A stretch of DNA of 63,547 bases, filler included, from Octopus bimaculoides (GCF_001194135.2; 5 parts of 5 records of this genome joined end to end with filler, not necessarily neighbours in it); one strand, 5' to 3'; counted from the first letter of the whole stretch, positions 13,901 to 37,036 are shown. The notes: generated by a model not told the origin, from the sequence alone. Numbers and translations are program-made.

Positions 13901-14388
13901 CAGTAGGTTGTGGTTTAAAGTAGATTTGGCAGCTATTTCTTGCAGGTCGATCCAACACAAAGAGGTTTCCACATTGAGTCATAGACGGTGAAATTGCCAT
14001 GTTATCCCTATCCTTTTCCCTCCCCAAAACTGATAGGCTTCGGTGTTTTATCGAGGCCTTAGTTTTGGGAAGTTTCTAAAAGGATTCTGACCCCTTTTCC
14101 ATCTTTGGTCATTTACACAAGGCAATTTATCTTTCGCTGCTACTGTGGAAACTGCCTCTCATAAGGCGGTTCCCTCAATAATATTAATGAATGGGAAGAA
14201 TGAAGTCAAAGAGATTATAAATCTCTGACCTGCTGAATTGGAAAGGACGCCAACGCATGCAGATACAAGTAATGTGTTTTCATTTGTATGCATGCGAGTG
14301 TAAATGAATGTGCATGTATTCATGAGAATGAGAGTATATGTGAATTGCCCGTAAGTGCTTAGTGAATGCACGTATATGTGTAAGTGAA

Positions 14389-14420
<32 letters not shown>

Positions 14421-16007
14421 CATGTGCGTGTATGTTAAAGCACATCAATTACCATTTATTTTGTAATCTGTTTCTATCGAGACGAATCGTATGATATCAT
14501 AGCAATCGAAATAGAAGCTGTCTGGTTGATAAGCAGACAGTATAGCAATGGGTAAAGAATTGGCATCAGCTAACTAACTGTTGCTTGTATAACAACATTT
14601 ATCTACAAACCCATTGTTTGCTATAATTTTTATTATCGACCTTATTTAATGTAATATTCTGACATTCGATCGTACAACTAGAATGGAGCAACAAGCACTC
14701 CGTCACCGACGAAACAAAGGGAAATGGGGAAACAATAAAAAGCAGTACAGAAACAATATATAAACAACATAAACAATATTACATTGATTAATAATAAACA
14801 AATCTTTTGAAAAGTGGGATGAAAAAAAATATTTATCTAAAAGTTTCTTTCATTTCCCAACCTGTTAAAACTCATACTTTTCTTTCAGATCGTGTGGTGT
14901 GATAAGAATTGTAAAGTTTACCCACATTTTAGTGATGAGACTAAACTGTTTGTGGAAGTGTGCAATAAATGTGTCTTTGTTTAAACGATCTCATTCGACC
15001 TTGTGCTCTACTCTCACATACTTTACTAAACACAAGGGTACTAAGTCGATCATCTGAACAGACGAGATCATCTGTGGGATACCATAAATGTTCTTGTTTT
15101 CTCTACACATTTTAAGACCTTCTCGTCAAGGATATGAATTAACATTACTCCTACTTCAAATCGTTTTCTGCCTCTTCTGAAAATTAGAAATACAGTAATA
15201 CTACGAATTGTCAGCTTCAGATGGATAGAACTAAACTGTAATGGAAGAATTGTTGATTGAACCAAATTTAAGAAATAGGTTTCTTCATAAGACCCCTTAT
15301 ATGTCACATGATTCTGAGAACTATCAATGCAATAGGCGAGACATAGTGGAAACACATCAAAGAAACTAGTGCTGCCATGTGTCGGCAAGAACCCGTTCAA
15401 AAACGTGTTTGTTAAAGGAAAATACAATTGTGACATTTTGGGAATTCTCCAAAGAATGAGATTTGTTAGAGAACTTATTGAATTTTTCAGTGGGATAGGT
15501 CGTTTGGAAGATATCATTTTTTTTTTTTTTGCTTTTTTGTTCTAATAGAAGTGGAAGCATAGATGTGAAAGCGGTATCCCATTCTAGGTCTCACCTGTAG
15601 GGAGTAATCATAGCTCGAATATTTGTATATTATGGCCTTGAAAGTAACGGTTTGACTTTGGGAGGCAGATTTAGAGATATTATGAATTTTGGATCACCAA
15701 AAAGTACCACCAGAAATTTTGAGTCCTACCAATCATTTTCAGTGACTTCGAGGATTTCAGTGGCGTGTTATCCGAGAACAGATATATATNNNNNNNNNNN
15801 NNNNNNNNNNNNNNNNNNNNNNNNNNNNNNNNNNNNNNNNNNNNNNNNNNNNNNNNNNNNNNNNNNNNNNNNNNNNNNNNNNNNNNNNNNNNNNNNNNNN
15901 NNNNNNNNNNNNNNNNNNNNNNNNNNNNNNNNNNNNNNNNNNNNNNNNNNNNNNNNNNNNNNNNNNNNNNNNNNNNNNNNNNNNNNNNNNNNNNNNNNNN
16001 NNNNNNN

Positions 16008-16044
<37 letters not shown>

Positions 16045-16755
16045 TATACGAATATAAGTTTAAAGCAGTATAAAGATTAAAGAGAAAAAAATACCTTAAA
16101 TATTCATCCGCTCCTTTTTATTCAGACACTTAGGAAGATTGCTGGAGACATTTGTCTCTTGAAAGACAACACATGCAAATTTAATGGCGTCTGCTGTAGC
16201 TGTGAAGCCTGAAGTTTTAGGGACAATTTCTTATAATGATGGGACACATTTTAGAGAGAATTATTTTAATGATGAGACACATTTTATTTGTTATGTTTTA
16301 TACACTTTCCTTAATATATGTACTTGTTTCAGTCCTGGTTAACTGCATTTAGAATGGGCTATCATTATGAGATACCCAGTAACGAACTTATTTATGATCA
16401 AAGATATTTCCAACTGTAACTATGGCACTTTTATTCAGTGTATTTAGAATTAAAATATGTTATTTTTTTAAAAGACAGTAAATTGCGATTCAAATAAATT
16501 TAGTTTCTAATTCTAACTACCAGACAGAGTGGAGTGAAAAATAATTCACTCTCTGACACATATATTTTTCTCTGTTTCTGAAATATTTTCTGCTGCCTGC
16601 ATTCACTTGTATTGCTCTCTTGGCTGTAACTCCACTGATCCAAATTATTTCAGCTGGCATACTCAGATATTGAAATCGAATGCGCGTGCCACCACACTTC
16701 TACCCACAGTTATCACATTCGGTTAAAATGTCTTACGGTTAAGTCGGCTCTTATG

Positions 16756-16847
16756 TATTTCCCTGAAGAGAAGATTACATCTTTATCAACATCACTCATT
16801 CCTTTGGAAGGAACCATTTGTAATCTTCGAAACATATGTCAGAAATA
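16756..16847 (+). ncRNA. Type I minimal hammerhead ribozyme fold
   Basis: TATTTCC-CTGAAGA-GAAGATTACA-(39 nt)-TGTAATCTTC-GAAAC-ATAT-GTC-AGAAATA: full catalytic core, perfect 10-bp stem II, palindromic stem III (ACATATGT), 6-bp stem I with a C:A mismatch next to the cleavage site. AATAAA at 16844-16849. Confidence 0.8.
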
Positions 16848-17210
16848 AAAGAATTCATTTAACATATGCGTATTACTCCATTTATTAAACTTTATATTTA
16901 CTCAAATACCCCAAACTAACAGGGAGTTTCTACCTCGTAAACAGGAGTTACAACACAGTCATTTGCTACCCTGGTATCTATTAACCAATTTATTTTGTCG
17001 GAGTCAATTGTTAACTAAGAGAAAATAAATACATATCNNNNNNNNNNNNNNNNNNNNNNNNNNNNNNNNNNNNNNNNNNNNNNNNNNNNNNNNNNNNNNN
17101 NNNNNNNNNNNNNNNNNNNNNNNNNNNNNNNNNNNNNNNNNNNNNNNNNNNNNNNNNNNNNNNNNNNNNNNNNNNNNNNNNNNNNNNNNNNNNNNNNNNN
17201 NNNNNNNNNN

Positions 17211-17242
<32 letters not shown>

Positions 17243-18094
17243 CGAGAAAAAAACAGGTTTATCATGGGCATACCGTAATCAGGTGATAAGTGAGTAGATC
17301 CTATTTACTATTCATATGACATGGCTTGACATGACTACATTTGTACCGGTATCACTGAGGTCGAATTGCGTCCTTTACTCGTCAAGCGATGAAAGACAAG
17401 GGCAAATACAAAAACGCGCGCGCATGTGCACACACACACACGCAAACACACATACACACACACACACACACACGCGCGCACATACACATGCATACACACA
17501 CATATACTTACACATACAAGGATTTGGTCTACCCTCTCTGGAAGCGAAGGTAATTTCAATAAATCAAGAATTTATCTTGTATGGTGTATAATATACCTTT
17601 ATTCGTCTTTGCCTTTCAAATACATGCCATTGGTCACTCAAAGTCATTTCTCCTAACTCATTTCGTTTCATTTATATAAATTATCAAGGACATAAATGTG
17701 TTTGACATCTTTCTGTATATGTCTTATTTCGTTTTCCTGATGTGCCGATGATGCCTATTGAGGAAGGAACGCGTGTCAACAGCTGTCTTCTTGTCTCCGG
17801 ACAATTAAATTGTCTTAATAGCATGTCATTTTTTGAAAATACTCGATTCTTGAGATGATTTCTCCTCATTTGAAGCTGATCTGAGTGTGCCCAAAACGAT
17901 TGTTCTATTCTCTGTGTAAGTGGAGGTAATTTTAATAAATAAGTCATTTTGCATGATACACACTTATTCGCCTTTGTTATGTATGCGTGTGCGCGTGCCT
18001 GCATCTGTGTGTGTGTCTGTATGTGCGTCTGTCCGTCCATCTATCTATCTATCTATCTATCTATAAATTGATAGCTAGATGCACACACTGAATG

Positions 18095-18240
18095 TGGAAA
18101 AAAGCTTGCTTCCCAGCCATATGACTCTGAGTTCAGTTCCACTGCGTTGCATGTTTGGCAAATGTCTTCTCCTATAGCCTTGGGCCGACCAAAGTCTTTT
18201 GAGTGGATTTGATAGACAGAAACTGAAAGACGCCTGTTCG
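18095..18240 (+). mobile_element. SINE family B (CORE-like central segment)
   Basis: aagcttgcttcccagcca...gagttcagttccactgcg...ggcaaatgtcttct.ctatagcc...ggaaactgaaaga, shared with at least six other copies in the window. Confidence 0.8.
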
Positions 18241-18684
18241 TACATACATACATACATATATATATATATATATGTATATACACATGCATATATGGGTACA
18301 GGACGTCAAAAAACGTAAACAACAANNNNNNNNNNNNNNNNNNNNNNNNNNNNNNNNNNNNNNNNNNNNNNNNNNNNNNNNNNNNNNNNNNNNNNNNNNN
18401 NNNNNNNNNNNNNNNNNNNNNNNNNNNNNNNNNNNNNNNNNNNNNNNNNNNNNNNNNNNNNNNNNNNNNNNNNNNNNNNNNNNNNNNNNNNNNNNNNNNN
18501 NNNNNNNNNNNNNNNNNNTATACATATATGTATGCATGTGTGTGTGTGCGCGCGCGCCTTTGTGTCTGTGTTTGTCCCCACCATCGCTTCGCAACTAATG
18601 ACCGAAACAAGTAAAAGATAAAGGTAAAAGATATATATATATATATATATAATATAAATAATATATATATGTATATATACATAC

Positions 18685-19292
18685 ATACATGTACATACTT
18701 ATATATATATATATGTATATACACATGCATATATGGGTACAGGACGTCAAAAAACGTAAACAACAAGTAAAACGAGAACATGAATTATAAAAACATGGAA
18801 AACGAACGAAAGAAACAAATAGAAAATCGAGACAGACAACATAAAGAACAATCACTTCATCAGTTGTCCATTGTTTTATCTACTCCGCATTTCGAGCGGT
18901 AGGACAAGATGTGTCTTCGCCAAAATAGTCGCTCCCGCAAAGCAAATTAAATAAAATTTGGGATTTGCGGAGGGTTAAAGTTGGTGTCAACTCCCACCCT
19001 TTCTCTAATCCTTCTCCTTCTCCCTTCACCGTTCTCTGTCTGTCCTTCTCTCTCCCTCACACTTCCTCATTGACTCTCTCATTGTTCACACGTGACCAGC
19101 GGCCTTCTTTCTTCTCACTGATGACTGGATTTTTCTTTATGTTGTCTGTCCCGCTTTTCTATTTGTTTCTTTCGTTGTTCAAAAAAGTTCGTTTTCCATG
19201 TTTTTGTAATTCATGTTCTCGTTTTTCTTGTTTACGTTTTTTGATGTCCTCTACATGTGTATATACATATATATGTAAGTATGTACATGTAT
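18685..19292. mobile_element. Foldback element with about 180-bp inverted arms around a 252-bp spacer
   Basis: The reverse complement of 18685-18864 aligns with 19117-19292 apart from small indels. Both arms start internally with ACTGATGA and end in TA-rich microsatellite. Confidence 0.8.
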
Positions 19293-19510
19293 CAAATTCC
19301 GCCGAAGTCGACTTTGCCTTTCATCCTTTCGGGGTCGATTAAATAAGTACCAGTTACGCACTGGAATCGATGTAATCGACTTAATCCCTTTGTCTGTCCT
19401 TGTTTGTCTCGTCTATATTTAGCCCCCTGTGGGCAATAAAGNNNNNNNNNNAATCCCTTTGTCTGTCCTTGTTTGTCTCGTCTATATTTAGCCCCCTGTG
19501 GGCAATAAAG
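19293..19510 (+). mobile_element. 5'-truncated SINE family A with alternative tail (aatccctttgtctgtcc...ggcaataaag)
   Basis: Family A core followed by the same tail as the copy at 42853. About 60 bp of the tail is duplicated across a 10-N gap. Confidence 0.8.
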
Positions 19511-19548
19511 AAATAAACATATATATTTATATATACATAGACACACGT

Positions 19549-19597
<49 letters not shown>

Positions 19598-19671
19598 CTG
19601 AACTGGCTCATTAGTAGTGGATTATAGAATCGTACTTCATATGACGATATCACGAAAAAGAAAATAATAGA

Positions 19672-19848
19672 TAGTTTCAAATTTTGGCACAGGGTCAACA
19701 GTTTTCGACTTCTACTCATTTTATCGATCCGAAAGGATGAAATGCAAAGTCAACCTCGGCGGAATTTGAACTCAGAAAGTAAAGACAGACGAAATACCGC
19801 TTGAATTTTTTTCCAACGTACCTACGGTTCGGCCAGCTGGGCGCTTTA
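19672..19848 (-). mobile_element. SINE family A copy
   Basis: Reverse complement of the family A consensus. Confidence 0.75.
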
Positions 19849-20378
19849 AACAAAATAATGACAATAAATAATGGAAGACAATATAAAAAAAGAAAGGAAC
19901 GAAAAAAGAATAAATAACGTATGCATGATTATCAGATCAATCTAGCGAACTGGATTTAAAAGATAAACTAGTTAGCATTTCTTATTTTAGAAATGCTATT
20001 TATATCGTTTTGATGGATTAAAGATAATTACCTAGACATTAATATGGGAATAAACCATATTGATTTTTTAGCATTGGCTCAAGACTGTTGATTTGGGGCT
20101 GAGTAAATTTATTTGCGTTTTCCCCAGTATTTGGCTATCAATTATTTTACTGACCATGAAAATTAGTCTTAGTCTTTTAAGTATAATTTCATTCATTTAA
20201 GTTGCTTCTTCAAAATATTAAATCAAATTTAGTATTTAATTGGTGTAATGAAAGGTTAAATATGTCCCCGCGGGAATTGAACTCAGAATGTAGAGGTAAA
20301 TGATAAAAAATGTAACTGCTGGAATATCCCGCTACATGCCTGAAAGTTTGGCATAAATATTAGCCGATACTCAAGAGG

Positions 20379-20504
20379 GTGAGTGTCGTGGATTTGAGTG
20401 TCAGTCCAACGATCACTTGAGTGAGTGTCGTGGATTTGAGTGTCAGTCCAACGATCACTTGAGTGAGTGTCGTGGATTTGAGTGACGGTCCAACGATCAC
20501 TGGA
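20379..20504. repeat. 42-bp minisatellite, 3 units
   Basis: gtgagtgtcgtggatttgagtgtcagtccaacgatcacttga occurs twice identically; the third unit carries 3 substitutions. Confidence 0.9.
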
Positions 20505-20980
20505 GAGTTTCCCGAAAATCAGGGTTTTTATAACTGTTCATACACGAATCCTAGAACCGTACCTCGTGAAAGACTTCTTCAACGAAGTTCAGAATTCGTA
20601 TATGAGTTTGTTACAACATAATCCTGAGCTTCCTGAAACAGCAGTCGAGTTAGGAAATTGCATATTTTCCTCATATTTTATTCTGTATTCTTTTTTAGTG
20701 CTCCATGTAAATATATTTATATCAAGCCTAACTGTGTATATTTCCATTACGACTTCCATATCAGCTCGGTTTGATTTTCACTTATAGTCACTCTTAATGA
20801 TGCGATACCTTGTCCTGGACGAAAGATTTGGAGTTTAAGCTCAAATCCTTTTGAGCACTACTATGTTTTCTACACTGAACATATCTAGCTCTTATCTATT
20901 GTCTGTACACACACGCGCGCGTGCACACACATACACACACACAATACATGTGTGTATACATACGTACATACACACATACA

Positions 20981-21012
<32 letters not shown>

Positions 21013-23003
21013 AAGACACCCTTCGGTCATGAATGACCATGTGATTGCACCTAAAATATTACCCTTCGCGATACAATTCCGGGCAAGGTTGTTTATGGAA
21101 GACCAGCAGTCGCCCATGCATACCAGCCACCCATCTCCACGCCACCGATGTTATCCAAGCCATGTGGTTGGGAAGCGAGCTTCTTACCACACTGCCACAT
21201 CTGTGCCTAGATAAATATAACCTCATCGGTATTAATACTGCCTCTGTTGCTAATATATACTCTGCAAAAGGTTATAGTCAAAACTCATCTTCCCCTCACT
21301 AAACCAAACATATAAATAAATAAATAAATAACTCACTGCTTTTCTTTTCTCCATCCTATTTCTGCGTGCTCTGTAATTACTCTAACTATAATTAACATTT
21401 AACGCCGCTTTGTTTGAAAACGAAATGCTCCTAAACAGACGAAACAATATTCACGTGGTCGCTTGATCTGATAGAAATAGCAGATAAATCTCTCTCTTTC
21501 TCCCTCCTCACTTTCTCTCAAATCCATACCACTGTAAAAATTTGAAGGGCACGACAAAATAAGATCAGTACATTTCGTAGGAGTAGGAGCCTGTGAAGGT
21601 TAAAAGAGAAGCAACCAAGTTGCCATGGTTTCTTAAATTTGTCCAACATCACAACGAAGAAAGAATTGTATTTTTATCATTTGTTTATCCTTTACTTGTT
21701 TCAGTCATTGGACTGCGGCTATACTGGGGCACACCCTTGAAAGCTGAACGAATCGACCCCAGTACCTTCATATATATATATATATANNNNNNNNNNNNNN
21801 NNNNNNNNNNNNNNNNNNNNNNNNNNNNNNNNNNNNNNNNNNNNNNNNNNNNNNNNNNNNNNNNNNNNNNNNNNNNNNNNNNNNNNNNNNNNNNNNNNNN
21901 NNNNNNNNNNNNNNNNNNNNNNNNNNNNNNNNNNNNNNNNNNNNNNNNNNNNNNNNNNNNNNNNNNNNNNNNNNNNNNNNNNNNNNNNNNNNNNNNNNNN
22001 NNNNNNNNNNNNNNNNNNNNNNNNNNNNNNNNNNNNNNNNNNNNNNNNNNNNNNNNNNNNNNNNNNNNNNNNNNNNNNNNNNNNNNNNNNNNNNNNNNNN
22101 NNNNNNNNNNNNNNNNNNNNNNNNNNNNNNNNNNNNNNNNNNNNNNNNNNNNNNNNNNNNNNNNNNNNNNNNNNNNNNNNNNNNNNNNNNNNNNNNNNNN
22201 NNNNNNNNNNNNNNNNNNNNNNNNNNNNNNNNNNNNNNNNNNNNNNNNNNNNNNNNNNNNNNNNNNNNNNNNNNNNNNNNNNNNNNNNNCGTCTACCAGA
22301 TCCATTCACAAGGCTTTGGTTGGTCAGCTTGAAGTTATAGTAGGAGAAATTCGCCGAAGAGGTCACGTAGTGGGATTGAGAAATGAACGCAGAACCATGT
22401 TGTTAGGAAACACAATTTACCTCACACCAACGTCTGCGCCTCTATATGAATGTAGTCTCTATTTCAGTGGAGACACGTGGTTTTAAAACTTCATTTTTTT
22501 TTTTAACCAATCTCTACTTCGTTTAGTCATTAATAAAGACTAGAGGACAGACAAAAAAAAAAAAAAGAATTCACTAATAATTTTGTGGAGATTAAGGGTT
22601 TGAATTTACAAATTAAATTACTAAAGCATTAAATAATTTCGAACTGGATGTCAGTAACTGAAAAGAATCCGATCACAGCAGCCGGAATTTCATCACTGTT
22701 TTGTTCGGTTTTGGCTAACCTAAGGCCCAAGCAACACACAAACGAAATCTCGTACCCTTGTTTTTCCTAAATATCAAATCAAAATAAAGCAGCTGCTAAA
22801 TGCTGAGAATCTTACTGAACCACCCGGAAAGCGATGTAATGCTATGCGGAACTTAAACCCACACTTACATTTGAGGATACGTTAAGGAGTGTAGTAGCTT
22901 ACTCAGCTAGCACTAATTATGAACTTCCTCACCTTGTGTAAATCTTCCTCTGTATGATCTCAAACTACACTTTGTTATTTAAGACTCTCTTTCTCTCCTC
23001 CTC

Positions 23004-23049
<46 letters not shown>

Positions 23050-23082
23050 ATCTATCTATCCATCTATCTACATTATACAGAT

Positions 23083-23113
<31 letters not shown>

Positions 23114-23157
23114 NNNNNNNNNNNNNNNNNNNNNNNNNNNNNNNNNNNNNNNNNNNN

Positions 23158-23169
23158 TTAATTAATTAA
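23158..23169. other. Artificial scaffold linker TTAATTAATTAA inside an N-gap (also at 37081-37092, 56951-56962, 62139-62150)
   Basis: The identical all-frame-stop 12-mer sits centred in four separate N runs. Confidence 0.9.
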
Positions 23170-23213
23170 NNNNNNNNNNNNNNNNNNNNNNNNNNNNNNN
23201 NNNNNNNNNNNNN

Positions 23214-23257
<44 letters not shown>

Positions 23258-23311
23258 TGTGTGTGTGTGTGTTTATACCTTTAGAGGTGGGATAATATAG
23301 CGTTGTCTTAC

Positions 23312-33529
<10,218 letters not shown>

Positions 33530-35804
33530 CTGAANNNNNNNNNNNNNNNNNNNNNNNNNNNNNNNNNNNNNNNNNNNNNNNNNNNNNNNNNNNNNNNNNN
33601 NNNNNNNNNNNNNNNNNNNNNNNNNNNNNNNNNNNNNNNNNNNNNNNNNNNNNNNNNNNNNNNNNNNNNNNNNNNNNNNNNNNNNNNNNNNNNNNNNNNN
33701 NNNNNNNNNNNNNNNNNNNNNNNNNNNNNNNNNNNNNNNNNNNNNNNNNNNNNNNNNNNNNNNNNNNNNNNNNNNNNNNNNNNNNNNNNNNNNNNNNNNN
33801 NNNNNNNNNNNNNNNNNNNNNNNNNNNNNNNNNNNNNNNNNNNNNNNNNNNNNNNNNNNNNNNNNNNNNNNNNNNNNNNNNNNNNNNNNNNNNNNNNNNN
33901 NNNNNNNNNNNNNNNNNNNNNNNNNNNNNNNNNNNNNNNNNNNNNNNNNNNNNNNNNNNNNNNNNNNNNNNNNNNNNNNNNNNNNNNNNNNNNNNNNNNN
34001 NNNNNNNNNNNNNNNNNNNNNNNNNNNNNNNNNNNAGAGGGGGAAGTAGTATAACCAGCAGAATTAAGCCCAGTATATAACTGGTATGTATGTATGATAT
34101 CAATGAAATAGCAGTGAGAAATAAAGATGAATTAGATAGAATTTGATGCGAGGCACCAGAAACTGTAAACAGCTAAAACCAATTCTTTGTTATTTGCGTC
34201 TATCCAAATCACCGAATCACCCTTGCAGGCATAATACAATACAATTATCAAAAAATCAGTAAAAATAATTTAGCTGAAGAAGTTTTGATGATCTAAATCA
34301 GGAATTTTATCTTTTAAAAATAGAATAAAATCTAACTCAGTCTGAAGGTGCCAGTAAATTTGGTTGCCTGGAGGAGAGAATAATCATTTTTGGATACAAT
34401 TCTTTATGGTCCTTACTTTCCGTCGAAAAACTTGTTTCTGAAGCTTCACATTTATCCCGCCCCTTCCCTCAACCATGTTTATTGACACCTCCAAACTCTC
34501 TTAAGGAATTTCTAGATGACACTAAATATCTTTTTATTACCGCTTTCATCAGCCTTTTCGGCGTCTAAATGTTACTATTAAAAATGAAGTAGATCCTTTA
34601 TTACAAAAGCTGATAACAACATTAAGTTATTCTCCGATATGCTTCATCCATAGTAGCAGTGTTACTGAACTTCGAAACTTCTTTCTTATTTCTTCTCTGT
34701 TTCTGTTCTCGACAAAGAGCTACACTGTCCAAAGCATTAAACTCACCACCGGTTTCTCCTTCAGCTTAAAAATTAATTACTTTATACACATGCTAATTTT
34801 TGTTGGTTTTCTTTCAGGGATTTGTTTTGGAATATCATTATCCCGTTGACGTAAATATTACCACCGAATTACACCGGATTGAACTCGGAATATTATCAAA
34901 TAATTTAGAACGTAGAGCCCTACTTCTTAACTCCAAAATTACTCGGATTATATAAACAAACATAATAAAAAGGGTAACAGCATTATAAATATAGTCTAAC
35001 GAAGCCAAAATATGTTTCATAAAATTCAGTTGTTGTTTTCATTTAGCCACAGGTCAGGTCTGATCAAGCAGACCTGTAATCAAAGGCATTTTAACTGTGG
35101 CCACCCCGTCTGAACTTTTTCACGCATATATTTCTAGGACTATATTATCCAATATGTCTTTTATCTATCTTTTTAAAAAACGAAGGTTATGGGTTGAGAA
35201 AGATTTGGTTGCTATTTGTATCAGGGCGAGTGGCCACACAAAGGCCCCCTTACTTGCGCAAACAAAATACAGCCACTGTTGATGCCTTTAATTTCACAAA
35301 TCTATAATAAAGGACAACCTAGCCTTGACCATCTTCATGTACTATGTAAACAAGAACAAATTATTCTATATGGTTTTCCGCTCTGAAGACGTTACTTGGT
35401 AGATCTTTGGCTATTTTTTCTAGCAAGTCTGGCGACCACGAAAGTGTTGCTTTATGAATTTGCAAGTGAAGGAGAAAGAGAACCCACAAATGCTCTCAGG
35501 GCTTTTGTGGCCAGTGCGATGAAATTAACCTCTACGCAGAGACCTGGCCTAGGGTGAGAGATTAATTCTACGACCCAAGAACCGTAAAGATCCTTTTAAC
35601 AGTTTTCTTAACAGTCTATAGTTTCTGTTTACCTAATACTACTGGCATCACTTTAGTCTAATAAAGGCTATGATATAAGACACTTCCTCCAGGTTCCATG
35701 CTGTGGGACCGAACATCAGACCACGGTGATATGAAGGTGTTTTTTTATAACGAAATCTAAGTCAGTAGATAAACAAATTTGGGAACTAAACTATCGAGGC
35801 CCTG

Positions 35805-35955
35805 AACAAATATTTGTAGATGCAACCACTTATTGTGGTTTCAGGGTTCAATCTCTCTGCGAGTACCCTTGGGCAAGTGTGTTGCACCACAGCCATGGGT
35901 CAACCAAAAACTTTGTAAGTAACATCGGGTAGATGGAAGCTGTATGGCAGCCCAT
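35805..35955 (+). mobile_element. SINE family B copy (degenerate)
   Basis: gggttcaatc...ccttgggcaagtgt...ccaaaaactttgtaagt...gtagatggaagctgtatggcagccc. Confidence 0.65.
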
Positions 35956-36976
35956 CTGAGGGATAACTCCAGTTCTTGGGTGCTAGATTTAACTAGTCGC
36001 CTTGTTTAAAATCATCCTCTGGCCTTTGGGTGTTGTTACAGGAGTACGTTTTGTTGCAAGTATTCGGGTCTGGCCTCCGGTTTGAAGGTAGATTCCTTTC
36101 TCCAACCAGTCTCGCAGACCCTGAAAAGCATCTAAGGCACTGCCCTTTCTCCTCAATCTTTGAGACTGTCAAAATGCCAATGGGCACGCAAAAGACACTG
36201 ATCTTTCTCTTATTAGTTTTGCAGACCTCCAAGAGGCTCTAAGACATTGTGCTTTCTGGCACCAGTCTCGCAGACGTCCAAAAGAGTCATAAGCACTGCC
36301 ATTTCTCCCATCAGCCTTGTGGCTTCACAAAATGACCATGGAGAACTTACATCCTCCTCTGACTAAGCAAAAAATTAAAAAAGCTTAAAAAAAACTATAA
36401 AAAAGAATCAAAAATCCTCATTGAGGATTTGAGTAAATTTAATTTCTTGATTGATAAAATAATTAATTTGTATCGATTGAAGTTAATATATTTCTAGCGA
36501 AAATATTCCCCTATTTTTATTTCTGTATTGAATGAAATGCCAGACTCTTGTTTATTTACATCGAGTTTTCCTCGAGGGATTTTATGGTCTTGTGATACGT
36601 AGACAGGAACGGAAATGTTAAAATACATTAGCTTTGATGTATTTTATCAAGCTCTATTTTCCCAGCAGGGGTCAGCTGATAAACATAGAGCCTCATGGGA
36701 TACATTCTCTTTTTTTTTTTACTCTTAGATGGCCTTCACTATTTCTCTGACAGCCCGATGACCTTTCTAGAATCGACAACAGCAATGGCGGCGTGTAAAG
36801 GTCAAAAACAAGAATTTAACAAACAATGACTAACATTTAAACATAGAAACAACACGTAAAACAATGAGAGAAACGGTTATCAATGATATATTCATTATTC
36901 CATATGACACCACCATGAGATATTGTGATATCAATATAAGTATATATACATAATAATGGAACTTATATATATATAT

Positions 36977-37036
<60 letters not shown>

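Noticed and set aside
15300-15480. Cys/His-rich remnant resembling a piggyBac C-terminal domain
   Set aside because: It is interrupted by stops, no TTAA-flanked TIRs were found and the motif is incomplete.
18240-18765. Repeat of catgcatatatgggtacaggacgtcaaaaaacgtaaacaacaa on both sides of a gap
   Set aside because: The copies are identical and gap-adjacent, so it cannot be distinguished from misassembly.
19381-19510. Exact ~60-bp direct repeat of a SINE tail
   Set aside because: It also flanks a 10-N gap, so it is an assembly artefact.
20379-20504. Possible CRISPR-like array
   Set aside because: The units are contiguous with no unique spacers, the context is eukaryotic and there are no cas genes.
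21619-21632. GTTGCCATGGTTTC as an RFX X-box (autoregulation); also GTTTCTAGCTAGCAAC near 62814
   Set aside because: One has only a single good half-site and the other has non-canonical spacing. Both are expected by chance in 63 kb.
23158-23169. TTAATTAATTAA palindrome recurring four times
   Set aside because: Always centred in N runs; it is an artificial scaffolding linker.
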